Of a stretch of 64,000 bases of DNA, positions 1-9,735 are shown one piece after another. A program made the translations under genes and the position numbers. The notes beneath the pieces were generated by a model. It was given only the letters and a program-made list of their open reading frames with translations. It was not told the DNA's origin and did not search any database. Source of the stretch: an uncultured Syntrophomonadaceae bacterium (GTDB lineage Bacteria; Bacillota; Dethiobacteria; DTU022); NCBI GenBank assembly GCA_964463285.1, contig CAYXBB010000003.1, positions 1,913-65,912 on the forward strand. The letters run 5' to 3'. The stretch's first letter is position 1, and each line of letters opens with the position of its first letter.

Positions 1-1177
1 CGATTAAAATCGAAAGATGAAGCTCTCCCCGGCCGGATACTTTAAAGGTATCGATAGAACCGGCCGGTTCAACCTGCAACCCCACATTGATCTCCAACTC
101 CTTCTCCAATCGCTCCTTGATATGCCGGGTCGTCACAAATTTACCCTCTTTGCCGGCAAAAGGAGAAGAGTTGACTATAAAGTTCATGCTCATTGTCGGC
201 TCTTCGATTTTGATGGAAGGTAGTCGCAGCGGGTGTGCCTCGTCACAGATGGTATCGCCGATAGTAATATCATCGATTCCCGAAAGCAAACAAATGTCGC
301 CGCAGGCAACTTCCTTCTCCTCCACCCTTTTTAACCCTTTATATACAAAAAGTCGGTTGATTTTTTGCAGCCGGGTCTCCCCGGCAGAGCCGACCAAGGC
401 TATATTCTGACCGCTGCGGATAACCCCTTTCTCAATGCGGCCGATACCTAGGCGGCCGATGTAATCATCATAAGCAAGGGATGATATTTGAAACTGGAGG
501 GGTTCCCCCGAACAGTCCGGGTAACCTTTAACCTGTTCGATAATCGTATCAAAAAGCGGAGCGATGTTAAAACCCTTTTGGCCGGAGGCGCTTTTTTTTA
601 TCTTGGCATTTCCCGACCCGACAATAATATCTTTTATTTCCGCCGGGTCGCGCACCACAATGCCCTGCCGGGCTATACCGTACAAAATCTTAAAATCCAG
701 CTGTTCATCCGTTGCCTCCAGATCCATAAACAGCTCGTAAACCTCATCGACAACTTCCTTCAGCCGGGATTCTCTTTTATCGATCTTATTGATCAGCAAA
801 ATCGGGACCAGCCCCTGCATCAGCGATTTTTGCAAAACAAAGCGGGTCTGGGGCATCGGTCCCTCCGCAGAATCCACCAGGAGGATCACCGTATCAACAG
901 TCTTAATAATACGTTCTACTTCGGAAGAAAAATCGGCGTGGCCGGGGGTATCTACAATATTGATCTTGTAACCTCCGTGCATCACCGAACAGTTTTTAGA
1001 ATAGATGGTGATACCCCGCTCCCTTTCCAGATCGTTTGAATCCATCACACAATCCATCACCTGTTCATTTTCCCGAAAGACACCGCTCTGGGAAAGAAAA
1101 GCATCTACCAGGGTGGATTTACCCGCATCTACATGGGCGATCACCGCGATATTTATAATTTTCTTTCTTTTCATCAT
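1..1177 (-). CDS. typA: GTP-binding translational GTPase TypA/BipA, N-terminal ~390 aa; the gene runs off the left edge of the window
   Basis: Minus-strand translation from the ATG at 1177 gives MMKRKKIINIAVIAHVDAGKSTLVDAFLSQSGVF...MDSNDLERERGITI...NIVDTPGHADF, with G1-G3 motifs characteristic of TypA. No stop codon occurs before position 1. The listed plus-strand ORFs here are antisense artefacts. Confidence 0.8.
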   Translation of the reverse strand, partial: MMKRKKIINIAVIAHVDAGKSTLVDAFLSQSGVFRENEQVMDCVMDSNDLERERGITIYSKNCSVMHGGYKINIVDTPGHADFSSEVERIIKTVDTVILLVDSAEGPMPQTRFVLQKSLMQGLVPILLINKIDKRESRLKEVVDEVYELFMDLEATDEQLDFKILYGIARQGIVVRDPAEIKDIIVGSGNAKIKKSASGQKGFNIAPLFDTIIEQVKGYPDCSGEPLQFQISSLAYDDYIGRLGIGRIEKGVIRSGQNIALVGSAGETRLQKINRLFVYKGLKRVEEKEVACGDICLLSGIDDITIGDTICDEAHPLRLPSIKIEEPTMSMNFIVNSSPFAGKEGKFVTTRHIKERLEKELEINVGLQVEPAGSIDTFKVSGRGELHLSILI

Positions 1178-1345
1178 CTTTTGCCTTCTTCCGTCTTGGA
1201 AACCCTTTCAGTTTATCATAAACTGGGAAACAACACTATCTTCACCGCAAAAAAAACGGGAGTTGGCCCCGAGCCGACTCGACACACCTCTCTTCCAAAG
1301 GGGAGGATAAATTTTACCACTTAAAATTTTCCTCCTTTTACCTTG

Positions 1346-2890
1346 TCAGCCTCCTGGTTTATGCTGTTCATCAGCGCTTTTCAGCGGCTTGAGGGTGGGC
1401 CCCTCTACAATATCACCGTCGTAAGTATAGCGAGAGCCGTGGCAGGGACAGTCCCAGGTAAGTTCCGCCTCGTTCCAGGTCAGTTCACACCCCATATGGG
1501 TACAAGTTATGCCCACCGCATGCGTTTGAGCGTTTTTATCTCGGTACAGGCCTATTTTTCCCTTCTCCCCGTCGACCATCGCCGCCTCGCCGGCCATCAG
1601 ACTCTCCGCCGAAGGTATGCTTTCCAGCTTTTCGTTAGCAGCCTGTTGGGCTACCCCTCTATTTTTAGCCACCGATTTCTGCATCGCCGGATCTACTACA
1701 AAGCGGGCCGGGTCGTAAACCGCTTCCCAGGGGCTTTCCCCGTGCACCATCAGATCTTTTATTAAAAGAGCCGAAGCCACCCCATTGGTTATCCCCCACT
1801 TGCGAAACCCGGTAGCCACATAAACATTTTCATTCCTCTGGGCAATGCGTCCCGCATAAGGAATTTCGTCAACAGTGATATAATCCTGGGCGGACCAGCG
1901 AAAGGGCATCCCGGTAACGGTAAAGGTCTCTTCTGCAAATTGGGCCAGGCGGCGGTAGTGTTCCCCCGTGGGCGGTCCCTGGCCGGTGCGATGGTGCTCC
2001 CCCACAACAATGATCAACTCACCGCCGTCATGAGGCGTACTGCGCAGAGAACGACCGGGCGACCCGGCGGTAATATACATTCCCCCGGGAAATACCTCCT
2101 TTGCCGTAATAGCAAGGGCATAAGACCGATCGGCAAAAGCGCGGGCAAAAAAATGGCCCCCCCCATCATAGACTGGAAAATGGGTGGCGATTATCACCTG
2201 ATCGGCCGCTATCCGATACCCGCCCTCCGTAACTATAGTAAAAGGGTGGCCTTCCAAAAAGTCAACCGCCTTGGTCTGTTCAAAAATTTGGTCGCCCCTA
2301 CCGGTGATCGCGACCGCCAGGGACGAGAGAAATTTACCGGGGTGAAACTGGGCCTGGTTATCAAAACGCTCCGCCGCCATAATATCAAAGGAAAGGGGAA
2401 TCTCTTCCAGGTAATGAGCCCGAATCCCCAGGCTGCCCGCCGCCTCCACCTCATCCTCGATCTGTTTCCTATATTGGTCTTGTTGCGTATAGATATAAGC
2501 AGGTTGCAGCGAAAAATCACAGTCAATTTTATTTTTCTTGACTAAACCATCCAGAAAAGCAATAGCATTTTCATTGGCCTCCGCATATTGACGGGCCTTT
2601 TCCCGGCCGAAATGCCGAATTAATTTGCTGTAAATAAAACTGTGCTGCGAGGTAATTTTGGCCGTAGTGTGACCCGAAGTCACCCCGCCGATGCGATTGG
2701 CCTCGATGAGCGCAACAGTTAGATTTTCCTGCCCTAGTAGGTAGGCTGCGGTTACACCCACCAATCCGCCTCCGACAATGGCCACCTCGACTTTGATATC
2801 CCTTCCCAAAGCCGGGTAGACCATCGGCTTGATGGAATCTATCCAATAGGGCCGAGCCGGTATGCCGGCCGGATCAATTTTTTTTGTCAT
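1346..2890 (-). CDS. FAD-dependent oxidoreductase with a C-terminal Rieske [2Fe-2S] domain (YhfW-like)
   Basis: An N-terminal GxGxxG FAD/NAD fold (VAIVGGGLVGVTAAY) and a C-terminal Rieske CxH...CxCH motif (CTHMGCEL...CPCHGSRY). The likely start is the ATG at 2890, preceded by GGGGAG. Confidence 0.75.
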   Translation of the reverse strand: MTKKIDPAGIPARPYWIDSIKPMVYPALGRDIKVEVAIVGGGLVGVTAAYLLGQENLTVALIEANRIGGVTSGHTTAKITSQHSFIYSKLIRHFGREKARQYAEANENAIAFLDGLVKKNKIDCDFSLQPAYIYTQQDQYRKQIEDEVEAAGSLGIRAHYLEEIPLSFDIMAAERFDNQAQFHPGKFLSSLAVAITGRGDQIFEQTKAVDFLEGHPFTIVTEGGYRIAADQVIIATHFPVYDGGGHFFARAFADRSYALAITAKEVFPGGMYITAGSPGRSLRSTPHDGGELIIVVGEHHRTGQGPPTGEHYRRLAQFAEETFTVTGMPFRWSAQDYITVDEIPYAGRIAQRNENVYVATGFRKWGITNGVASALLIKDLMVHGESPWEAVYDPARFVVDPAMQKSVAKNRGVAQQAANEKLESIPSAESLMAGEAAMVDGEKGKIGLYRDKNAQTHAVGITCTHMGCELTWNEAELTWDCPCHGSRYTYDGDIVEGPTLKPLKSADEQHKPGG

Positions 2891-3325
2891 TTTTAACTCC
2901 CCTGGCAGTGATAGCTCTAGCTTTCCCGCCGGCATTTTGCTTATGCAAAATTTTAGTAGAATTTTAGAAGAAGCAGCGACAGGAAACTAACTCCAGATTT
3001 TGTTTCCCCTTGTTTGGGGAAAATAAAGCTATCAACCCCCGGGAGGTGAAATGTCTTGGGCGAACCCTGTAGTGCAAAATGTCGGAACCAGCGCCACAAC
3101 CGCTGCCAATTGGAAGACGAACAGATTCAACAAAGCCGGGTCGAATTCGGTGATGAATGGGAGCCGGAAAAACATTGTGCCCGCTACCTTCCCAGTGAAA
3201 AGTCGTCTAAGCGCCAACGGAGAAAATAAAGGCATTTGAAGGATAGGATATCGGGAAAGCCGGCAACACCGAACAAAGCCCCCGCCAGGGGGGTGGAAAG
3301 AAAAATGCCCCGACTACCGGCAAGC

Positions 3326-3353
3326 ATCAAAAAATTCCGCCCCCGGGCGGGGT
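3326..3353 (-). terminator. Intrinsic terminator downstream of the TetR gene
   Basis: A GC-rich hairpin (CCCCGCCCGGGGGCGG) followed by a U-tract (AAUUUUUUGAUG) on the minus strand. Confidence 0.5.
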
Positions 3354-3476
3354 TCTGTAATGTCCACAATTTGAGTTTCATGTTTAGTCACCGGGGATAA
3401 TTTTTTTCTGCTTAATAAAGCTGCGTGGGTAGAACGGGGTGAATATCTTCAACAGTTACTCCGGAGGATCCCCCTT

Positions 3477-4073
3477 TCAGCGGAGGTTATCGCTGAGTGT
3501 TTTCTCGTTTAAGCTGCTTATCCCGTAGTAGAGCACCTGTATAATGAATTCGGCCATCTGTGCGGATGATTCATACATACCGCCCTGGGCCCATTTTTGT
3601 AATATGCTGATGGCCCCGTTCAAAGCAAATGTATTTGTATATTCTTGGGTTTTCCTACTAAGGGATTGGCTAATCTGTGATACAACCAGAGACAATTCCA
3701 AGATGTCTTTCTGAAATGCCAGATCACAGTTTTCGCTCAGCAAGGCTTTGAACAGCTCCACATTTTCTTTAAAATAATCCAGGATATTGGTTAAAACTTG
3801 AAGCGAGATGGGGCTATTATGTTTTAAAACCTGTTTTTCCAGGTAGCTTTTCAGGTTGTCCAGGACCTCCTGTTCGACTTTATTTAAAAGATCAAAGTGA
3901 TCGGTATAGTGGGTATAAAAGGTGCTGCGATTTATACCGGCTAGTTCACATAGGGCCCGCACTGAAATCTTGGATATGTGTTGTTTTTGCATTAACTGAA
4001 CCAGCGCATCCTTTAGAAGGCTGCGGGTTAGCCTAACCCGCAGGTCTATTTTTTTCTTCTTTACCTTTCTCAC
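3477..4073 (-). CDS. TetR/AcrR-family transcriptional regulator
   Basis: An N-terminal TetR helix-turn-helix (ISKISVRALCELAGINRSTFYTHYTDHFDLL). It is divergent from the MMPL transporter gene. Confidence 0.8.
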   Translation of the reverse strand: MRKVKKKKIDLRVRLTRSLLKDALVQLMQKQHISKISVRALCELAGINRSTFYTHYTDHFDLLNKVEQEVLDNLKSYLEKQVLKHNSPISLQVLTNILDYFKENVELFKALLSENCDLAFQKDILELSLVVSQISQSLSRKTQEYTNTFALNGAISILQKWAQGGMYESSAQMAEFIIQVLYYGISSLNEKTLSDNLR

Positions 4074-4216
4074 TCCTTTTTTTGGAAATCCAACGCTTCC
4101 GGCACAACTTGTTGGATATCAGGCCATCTTAACCAACATTGATGATTGTAAGCCAACAGCATGTTTATTATAATTCATTAGGGTAAAGTTTTCAATGTAC
4201 AGTTAGGGGGACTAGG

Positions 4217-6277
4217 GTGGAGCGGCTGTTCGAACTTATTATTAAAAAAAGGAAAAACGTTGTTTTTATATTCATTGTGGCCACCTTGTTATCTATTTTC
4301 CTGCTATTTTTTGTAAATATTAATTACAACCTGGTCGATTATCTCCCGGTGAAGGCCCAATCCACGAAAGCGCTTAAACTAATGGAAAGCGAATTCGAAG
4401 AGACGATACCGAACACCACTGTTATGGTCAAAGATGTTTCTCTTATGGAGGCGTTGGAATATAAAGAAAAACTGGCCGCTATTGATGGGGTGAGGCAGGT
4501 TGTTTGGCTGGACGATATGATGGATATCAAAGAACCGCTTGAAATGGGCGATCGGGAGACCATTGAGGGCTTCTACAAGGAGGGCGACGCCTTATTTTCG
4601 GCAACGATTAGCAAGGGGATGGAGAAAGAGGCCTGCAGTAACATATTAGACTTGATCGGCAACAAAGGAGCGCTTACCGGAGAAGCACCGGGGCTGGTGT
4701 TTATCCAGGAGGCGACTACCTCTTCTGTCATCAAGGCCCTGGTGATTCTGCTGCCCGTGGTTATTCTCATTTTGATTTTGTCGACAACTTCCTGGATTGA
4801 ACCGTTAATCTTTTTAGTGGCAATCGGTATTTCTATCGTAATCAATATGGGGACCAATATTCTCTTTGGCAAAATATCCTTTATGACCAATTCGATAAGT
4901 CCTATTTTGCAACTGGCCTGTTCGCTGGATTACGCTGTCTTCTTGTTGCATAGTTTTGCAGATAAAAGAAAACAGTATGCGGATGTGAAAGAAGCCATGT
5001 TGCAGGCCATGAAGGAATCCATGTCAACCGTGGCTGCCAGCGCCATGACCACCCTCTTTGGTTTTTTGGCTCTTTTGTTCATGAATTTCGGCATTGGGGC
5101 CGACCTGGGGATGGCTCTGGCGAAAGGAATTATTTTCAGCTTTATCTCGGTTATGGTTTTCCTGCCGGCTTTAACCCTTTATATTTATAAAATGATCGAT
5201 AGAACAAAACACCGGGCTTTTATGACGGGCTTAAGAAAGATCCACCTGCTGCTTTCAAAAATTGCCGTTCCGGCGGTTATTATTGTTTTGATTTTAATTG
5301 TGCCCTCCTTTTTGGGACAAAGCCGGACCAGCTTTCTTTACGGCAATGATACCCTAGATCCCCATACCCGTTACGGCAAAGATACAATAGCCGTTGAAAA
5401 ACAATTTGGCAAATCTACCGTTATGGCCCTGCTGGTTCCCCGAGGAGAGGTGGCCAAAGAGGAGGCTTTAACCAGTAAACTAAAAGAACATACTCAGGTA
5501 ACCGGTGTCGTTTCCTATGTTACCGAGGTCGGTGCTGCCATACCCCCTGAATATCTTAATGAGGGGATAAGGAAACAATTTTATTCGGAAAACTTCACGC
5601 GTCTCATCCTCTACACGGATACACCGGCAGAAGGCGAGCAGGCATTTAACACTGTGGAGAAGATTAATGAAACAGCAACCTCATATTACGGGGATGGTTT
5701 TTATATCCTGGGGGAAAGCGCCAATCTGTATGATATGAAACATATTGTTCAGAAAGATAACCTGGTTGTCAATTTGATCGCCATAGGGGCTATTTTTATT
5801 GTTTTACTGGCCACATTCAAATCGGCCGTCTTACCGTTTTTGTTGGTACTGACCATAGAGGCCGGCATCTGGATCAATTTAGCTATCCCCTATTTTAACG
5901 GTACCCCGATCAATTTTTTGGGCTATTTAGTTATAAGCACGGTCCAGTTGGGCGCTACGGTAGACTATGCGATTTTATTGACAAACACCTACCTGGCAAA
6001 CCGGAAACGTATGCTCAAAAGAAAAGCGATCAGCGCCTCTGTTAATGGGGCTTTTCAGTCCATCCTGGTCTCGGCCCTTACCCTATCTACGGCCGGGTTT
6101 ACACTTTATGCCACGTCGTCTAACAGTGCCATTGCCGATATAGGCCTTCTGCTGGGAAGAGGCACTTTGCTCTCCCTGGCTCTGGTGCTACTGTTTTTGC
6201 CCACTCTACTGGTGATCTTTGATCGGGCAATTGAAAAGTATACCTATAGAATTAAGTTCTTTAATCATTCTCAATAA
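4217..6277 (+). CDS. MMPL/RND-superfamily membrane transporter (YdfJ-like)
   Basis: Two hydrophobic 6-TM blocks separated by soluble loop domains. GTG start preceded by GGGGGA. A TetR gene lies divergently upstream. Confidence 0.7.
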   Translation: MERLFELIIKKRKNVVFIFIVATLLSIFLLFFVNINYNLVDYLPVKAQSTKALKLMESEFEETIPNTTVMVKDVSLMEALEYKEKLAAIDGVRQVVWLDDMMDIKEPLEMGDRETIEGFYKEGDALFSATISKGMEKEACSNILDLIGNKGALTGEAPGLVFIQEATTSSVIKALVILLPVVILILILSTTSWIEPLIFLVAIGISIVINMGTNILFGKISFMTNSISPILQLACSLDYAVFLLHSFADKRKQYADVKEAMLQAMKESMSTVAASAMTTLFGFLALLFMNFGIGADLGMALAKGIIFSFISVMVFLPALTLYIYKMIDRTKHRAFMTGLRKIHLLLSKIAVPAVIIVLILIVPSFLGQSRTSFLYGNDTLDPHTRYGKDTIAVEKQFGKSTVMALLVPRGEVAKEEALTSKLKEHTQVTGVVSYVTEVGAAIPPEYLNEGIRKQFYSENFTRLILYTDTPAEGEQAFNTVEKINETATSYYGDGFYILGESANLYDMKHIVQKDNLVVNLIAIGAIFIVLLATFKSAVLPFLLVLTIEAGIWINLAIPYFNGTPINFLGYLVISTVQLGATVDYAILLTNTYLANRKRMLKRKAISASVNGAFQSILVSALTLSTAGFTLYATSSNSAIADIGLLLGRGTLLSLALVLLFLPTLLVIFDRAIEKYTYRIKFFNHSQ

Positions 6278-6307
6278 AGCGTTAGAAATTGAAGGAGGAG
6301 TCTTGGA

Positions 6308-8152
6308 ATGAAATCTGGAAAGTTCAAATTAATTTTCGCCCTAAGCCTGGCCATGGCGCTGGCGCTAATGCCGATCAACCAATCGCTTGCGGTCGGTGAA
6401 AGCACTGCCGCCACCCGTGAGCAGGGGGCCGGAATCAGTAGCAAGGAGGAGGTTATCTACGCCACTCTTTCCCCGCAGGGCGATGTTTCAGCCATTTATG
6501 CAGTCAATCATTTTGCACTGGCCGGGGAAGGAAGTATCACCGACTACGGTAACTATGCCTCGGTAACCAATCTAACGGATACAACACCGCTGGTTCTTAA
6601 AGACGATGCCGTTGTCCTGGAGGCTGCCGGGGATAATTTTTATTATAAGGGCGATCTGCTCACAACCGATCTGCCGTGGTTATTTGATATATCCTATTTT
6701 CTGGGGGATGTTCAAAAAGAACCGGGAGAATTGGCCGGTGAATCGGGTGAGTTGTCAATCCAAATCCTGACAAAACAGAATGAATCTGTAAATACTGCTT
6801 TTTTTGATAATTATATGCTGCAAATTTCCCTGACGCTGGCTACTGAAAAATGCAGCAGCATTCAGGCGTCCGGCGCCACCATAGCCAATGCGGGCAAGAA
6901 CAAGGTAATCACCTATACGGTAATGCCGGGCCAGGAGGCAACGCTTTTTTTAAGGGCAACAGTTAAGGACTTTACAATGGGCGGCATTGATATTGCAGCG
7001 CTGCCCTTCTCAGTGGAAATGGCGTTACCGGATACGGGAGCCCTGGCCAATGATTTTACTAAACTTTCGGCAGCGATTGCCGATTTAGATCAGGGGATGG
7101 GCGAACTGGCCGGCGGCCTGGTCGGCTTAAAAGCCGGCGCCGCGGAGCTGGGCAACGGCTCAGCAGATCTAAAAAGTGGTCTTACCCGGTTAAACGAAAG
7201 CTCCGGACCGCTTGTTGAGGGCTCCTCCCAAATTGGTATTGCCCTAACCCGGTTTGCTACCGCCCTTAACGATTCACCCGGAGAGATGAACTTGAATGAT
7301 CTGGCCCGGCTTCCCCAGGGCCTCTCCGAGTTAGCTGCCGGATTGGATGAAATAGCGGGCAGCATGATCGAGCTAAAGAACGGCTTTACACCATCCTACC
7401 AGGCCTTGGACAGAGCCATGGCCGAAATTCCGGAGACGGTGCTCAATGAAGAGCAGCTTGGGGCGCTTTATGCCCAAATTGACCCCAGTCATCACCAAGT
7501 GCTGGATCAATTAGTAGCCTCCTATGAAACAGGTCAAAGAGTAAAGGGCACTTACAGTCAGGTAAAAGGGGCCTTTGATGGGGTGGACTCTGCCCTGAAT
7601 TTGTTGCCTGCCTCCATCAATACTATTTCATCTTCCCTCGAAGATCTATCGGCACAGATCGGCAAAGCCCTTTCCGGTGCAGATTCGCCACAACAACTGG
7701 ACCGGCTTGCGGAAACATTAGGGGAACTAAGCAGGAACTATGAGGCATTTCATAACGGGTTAAGGGAATACACGGAGGGTGTGGCCGTTATTTCTGCCGG
7801 TTACTCCGATTTCCACGATGGTTTTTCTACCATGGAGGAGGGCATCGGCAGGCTGGAGGAAGGTGCAACTGCGCTCTATGGAGGAACCAGTATGTTAAAC
7901 GGTAAAACAGCCAATATGCCGGACAGACTGGAGAGCGAAATCGGTAATATGTTGGAACAGTATACCGGGTTGAAATTTGCACCGATTTCCTTTACATCTT
8001 CCAAAAATAGAGATACAACATTGGTCCAATTTGTGTTGAAATGCGGCGGGATTGAAAAACCGGAAGAAGCAAAAACGTTGGAGGTAAAGACGGATGAAAA
8101 AACATTTTGGAGCAGGCTGGTCGCGCTTTTCACCGACAAGAAAAAAAGATAA
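6308..8152 (+). CDS. Secreted protein with X-X-X-Leu-X-X-Gly heptad repeats (YhgE/Pip-like ectodomain)
   Basis: A signal peptide (MKSGKFKLIFALSLAMALALMPINQSLAV) and repeated LxxG heptads (ELAGGLVGLKAGAAELGNGSADLKSGLTRL...). AAGGAGG ribosome-binding site. No C-terminal transmembrane segment. Confidence 0.6.
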   Translation: MKSGKFKLIFALSLAMALALMPINQSLAVGESTAATREQGAGISSKEEVIYATLSPQGDVSAIYAVNHFALAGEGSITDYGNYASVTNLTDTTPLVLKDDAVVLEAAGDNFYYKGDLLTTDLPWLFDISYFLGDVQKEPGELAGESGELSIQILTKQNESVNTAFFDNYMLQISLTLATEKCSSIQASGATIANAGKNKVITYTVMPGQEATLFLRATVKDFTMGGIDIAALPFSVEMALPDTGALANDFTKLSAAIADLDQGMGELAGGLVGLKAGAAELGNGSADLKSGLTRLNESSGPLVEGSSQIGIALTRFATALNDSPGEMNLNDLARLPQGLSELAAGLDEIAGSMIELKNGFTPSYQALDRAMAEIPETVLNEEQLGALYAQIDPSHHQVLDQLVASYETGQRVKGTYSQVKGAFDGVDSALNLLPASINTISSSLEDLSAQIGKALSGADSPQQLDRLAETLGELSRNYEAFHNGLREYTEGVAVISAGYSDFHDGFSTMEEGIGRLEEGATALYGGTSMLNGKTANMPDRLESEIGNMLEQYTGLKFAPISFTSSKNRDTTLVQFVLKCGGIEKPEEAKTLEVKTDEKTFWSRLVALFTDKKKR

Positions 8153-8250
8153 AATAAAAAACGCAGGTAAAGGGGGCGTCGCTCAGTTTTATGTATAAGC
8201 GGTTGATTTGCATTTTTGTCCCGGGGGTAAGCGGCCTTTGCCAAAGGGGC

Positions 8251-8278
8251 GGCCGGCCCCAATACTTGCCGGCCTTTT
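8251..8278 (+). terminator. Intrinsic terminator between convergent genes
   Basis: GGCCGGC-loop-GCCGGCC hairpin followed by TTTT. Confidence 0.45.
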
Positions 8279-8335
8279 GGCGCTTCCCTCCTGTTTCATT
8301 TTGCTGTTAGGATCTCTCGGAAGGCATGAAAGGGA

Positions 8336-9133
8336 TCACCAATTTTGCCGGGCGCCCGCTTCAACTAATTCCAATTTATTTAAATGCCGCTTTTCAAAGA
8401 CGGCGGTTATCAAAGACGATGGATAGGCGGCACTAAGCTTACTTTCGCCGGTGGCATAATTGATATCGATTCCCGGCTGGACATTATACACGTAGACATG
8501 GAAACAGATGCCGGCCCCATCATCTTCAACCGAATAAGCCTCCATTTGAACCCCACTTGCAAGAAGGTTGTTCCCCTCAAATATTGGCGTAACCCGATAC
8601 ATAACATGATTGCCGGTCTCTTTTATATAATCGGCGACCATATTTTCAAAGGGGAGCATCCCTTGTACATTCAGATAGCGCGTTCCGGTAATTAAGTTTT
8701 TGGTATTGGCGTTCTCACCGGACAACTGATATCCGATTAAATGGCAGCGGTTATACAGGTATTTTCCTTCAACAATCTCATATTTCACCGTATGCCAACC
8801 GGAGGGCTTTACTTGCCCTATATTCCCCCGTTTGGCGGTAGGCATTAGATCCCTACCCACACAGGCCATGGCATATCCACATCTATGTAATGAATCTAAT
8901 TCACTGTAGAATTCGTAAGAAGTGGTAACCAGTTCGGAGTCGGAAAACCTGGGCCTGTTTTCATCTATCACAACATAGGAAGAGTCTGTAAAGGCCGGAA
9001 CTTCGGATAAAGCAATTGGCTCGCTCGGCTCGACCGTACTCGGTCCGGTTAAAATATCGATGCTAATACAACCGGTAAGAAGATTACATATAATTAATAC
9101 TACAAGCAGTACAATCGATAAATGTCTATTCAT
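8336..9133 (-). CDS. Secreted lipoprotein DNA/RNA non-specific endonuclease (beta-beta-alpha-Me, NucA/EndA-like)
   Basis: A lipobox signal (LLTGC) and the catalytic DRGH-type motif (NRCHLIGYQLSGENAN). It overlaps the upstream ORF by 8 nt (ATGAATAG). Confidence 0.8.
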   Translation of the reverse strand: MNRHLSIVLLVVLIICNLLTGCISIDILTGPSTVEPSEPIALSEVPAFTDSSYVVIDENRPRFSDSELVTTSYEFYSELDSLHRCGYAMACVGRDLMPTAKRGNIGQVKPSGWHTVKYEIVEGKYLYNRCHLIGYQLSGENANTKNLITGTRYLNVQGMLPFENMVADYIKETGNHVMYRVTPIFEGNNLLASGVQMEAYSVEDDGAGICFHVYVYNVQPGIDINYATGESKLSAAYPSSLITAVFEKRHLNKLELVEAGARQNW

Positions 9134-9539
9134 TCTTATATGTCTCTTTCGTTATTTTATCGTGAGAAAAGCCGGCAAAATCTTCGCTCGATACCAAGGT
9201 ATATTTACCTGCAGTTAAATCGATATCGAGCAGGAAGTCCGCTGGGTACTCCCTGTTCCAGCGATATACAATAATCATTGTAATTTCATGAATATATGGA
9301 GAAAGAGGGATGTTTTCAACAAAACAGAAATCATCCTCTCCGGCTATCTTCATAAAGTTGTCATCTATGAAGACGGGGCCAACACTGTTTTCAAATAATG
9401 GAGCGGAAAAACTATTAATAAACAATCGGTTCTTTCCTACTGTACAAACAAGATCATCAATAAGAAGCCGGTCCCGGCTTTGACGGCGATTGTTGAACAA
9501 CCTGCCGTTTTTATTATCCAAACACAGAAATACCTTCAT
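9126..9539 (-). CDS. Hypothetical cytoplasmic protein, translationally coupled to the nuclease; candidate nuclease inhibitor or immunity protein
   Basis: 137 aa with no signal peptide. GGGAAGG ribosome-binding site. It is the first gene of a two-gene operon with the nuclease. Confidence 0.5.
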   Translation of the reverse strand: MKVFLCLDNKNGRLFNNRRQSRDRLLIDDLVCTVGKNRLFINSFSAPLFENSVGPVFIDDNFMKIAGEDDFCFVENIPLSPYIHEITMIIVYRWNREYPADFLLDIDLTAGKYTLVSSEDFAGFSHDKITKETYKNE

Positions 9540-9633
9540 TTACATATACCTTCCCAAGATGCTTGCACATCTTTCTTATCGGCGGTTTGAATTAGCTTAT
9601 CATGTATTCCCTAAAATAAACAATTGGTGTTTT

Positions 9634-9658
9634 TTTACATTTTATGATATGCTATACT
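9634..9658 (+). promoter_or_regulatory. Candidate sigma-A promoter for mntA-hepT (TTTACA ... TGcTATACT extended -10)
   Basis: Sequence motifs only. The 13-nt spacer is short, but an extended -10 is present. Confidence 0.3.
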
Positions 9659-9735
9659 ATAGGCAAATAAATAATTTAAGCTCCATGAACACGACCCCTT
9701 TCCAAAAAACTGTTCAATTTGGGAGAAGGCATAAG

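Noticed and set aside
488-1039. 183-aa plus-strand ORF (and overlapping smaller ones) in the first kilobase
   Set aside because: It is antisense to a minus-strand reading frame that clearly encodes TypA/BipA (G1-G3 GTPase motifs). The plus ORF has no ribosome-binding site or homology.
9490-9735. An N-terminal 82-aa extension of the mntA ORF as given in the ORF track
   Set aside because: There is no ribosome-binding site at 9490 and the extension is hydrophobic nonsense. The conserved nucleotidyltransferase begins at the ATG at 9736, which follows GGGAGAAGG.
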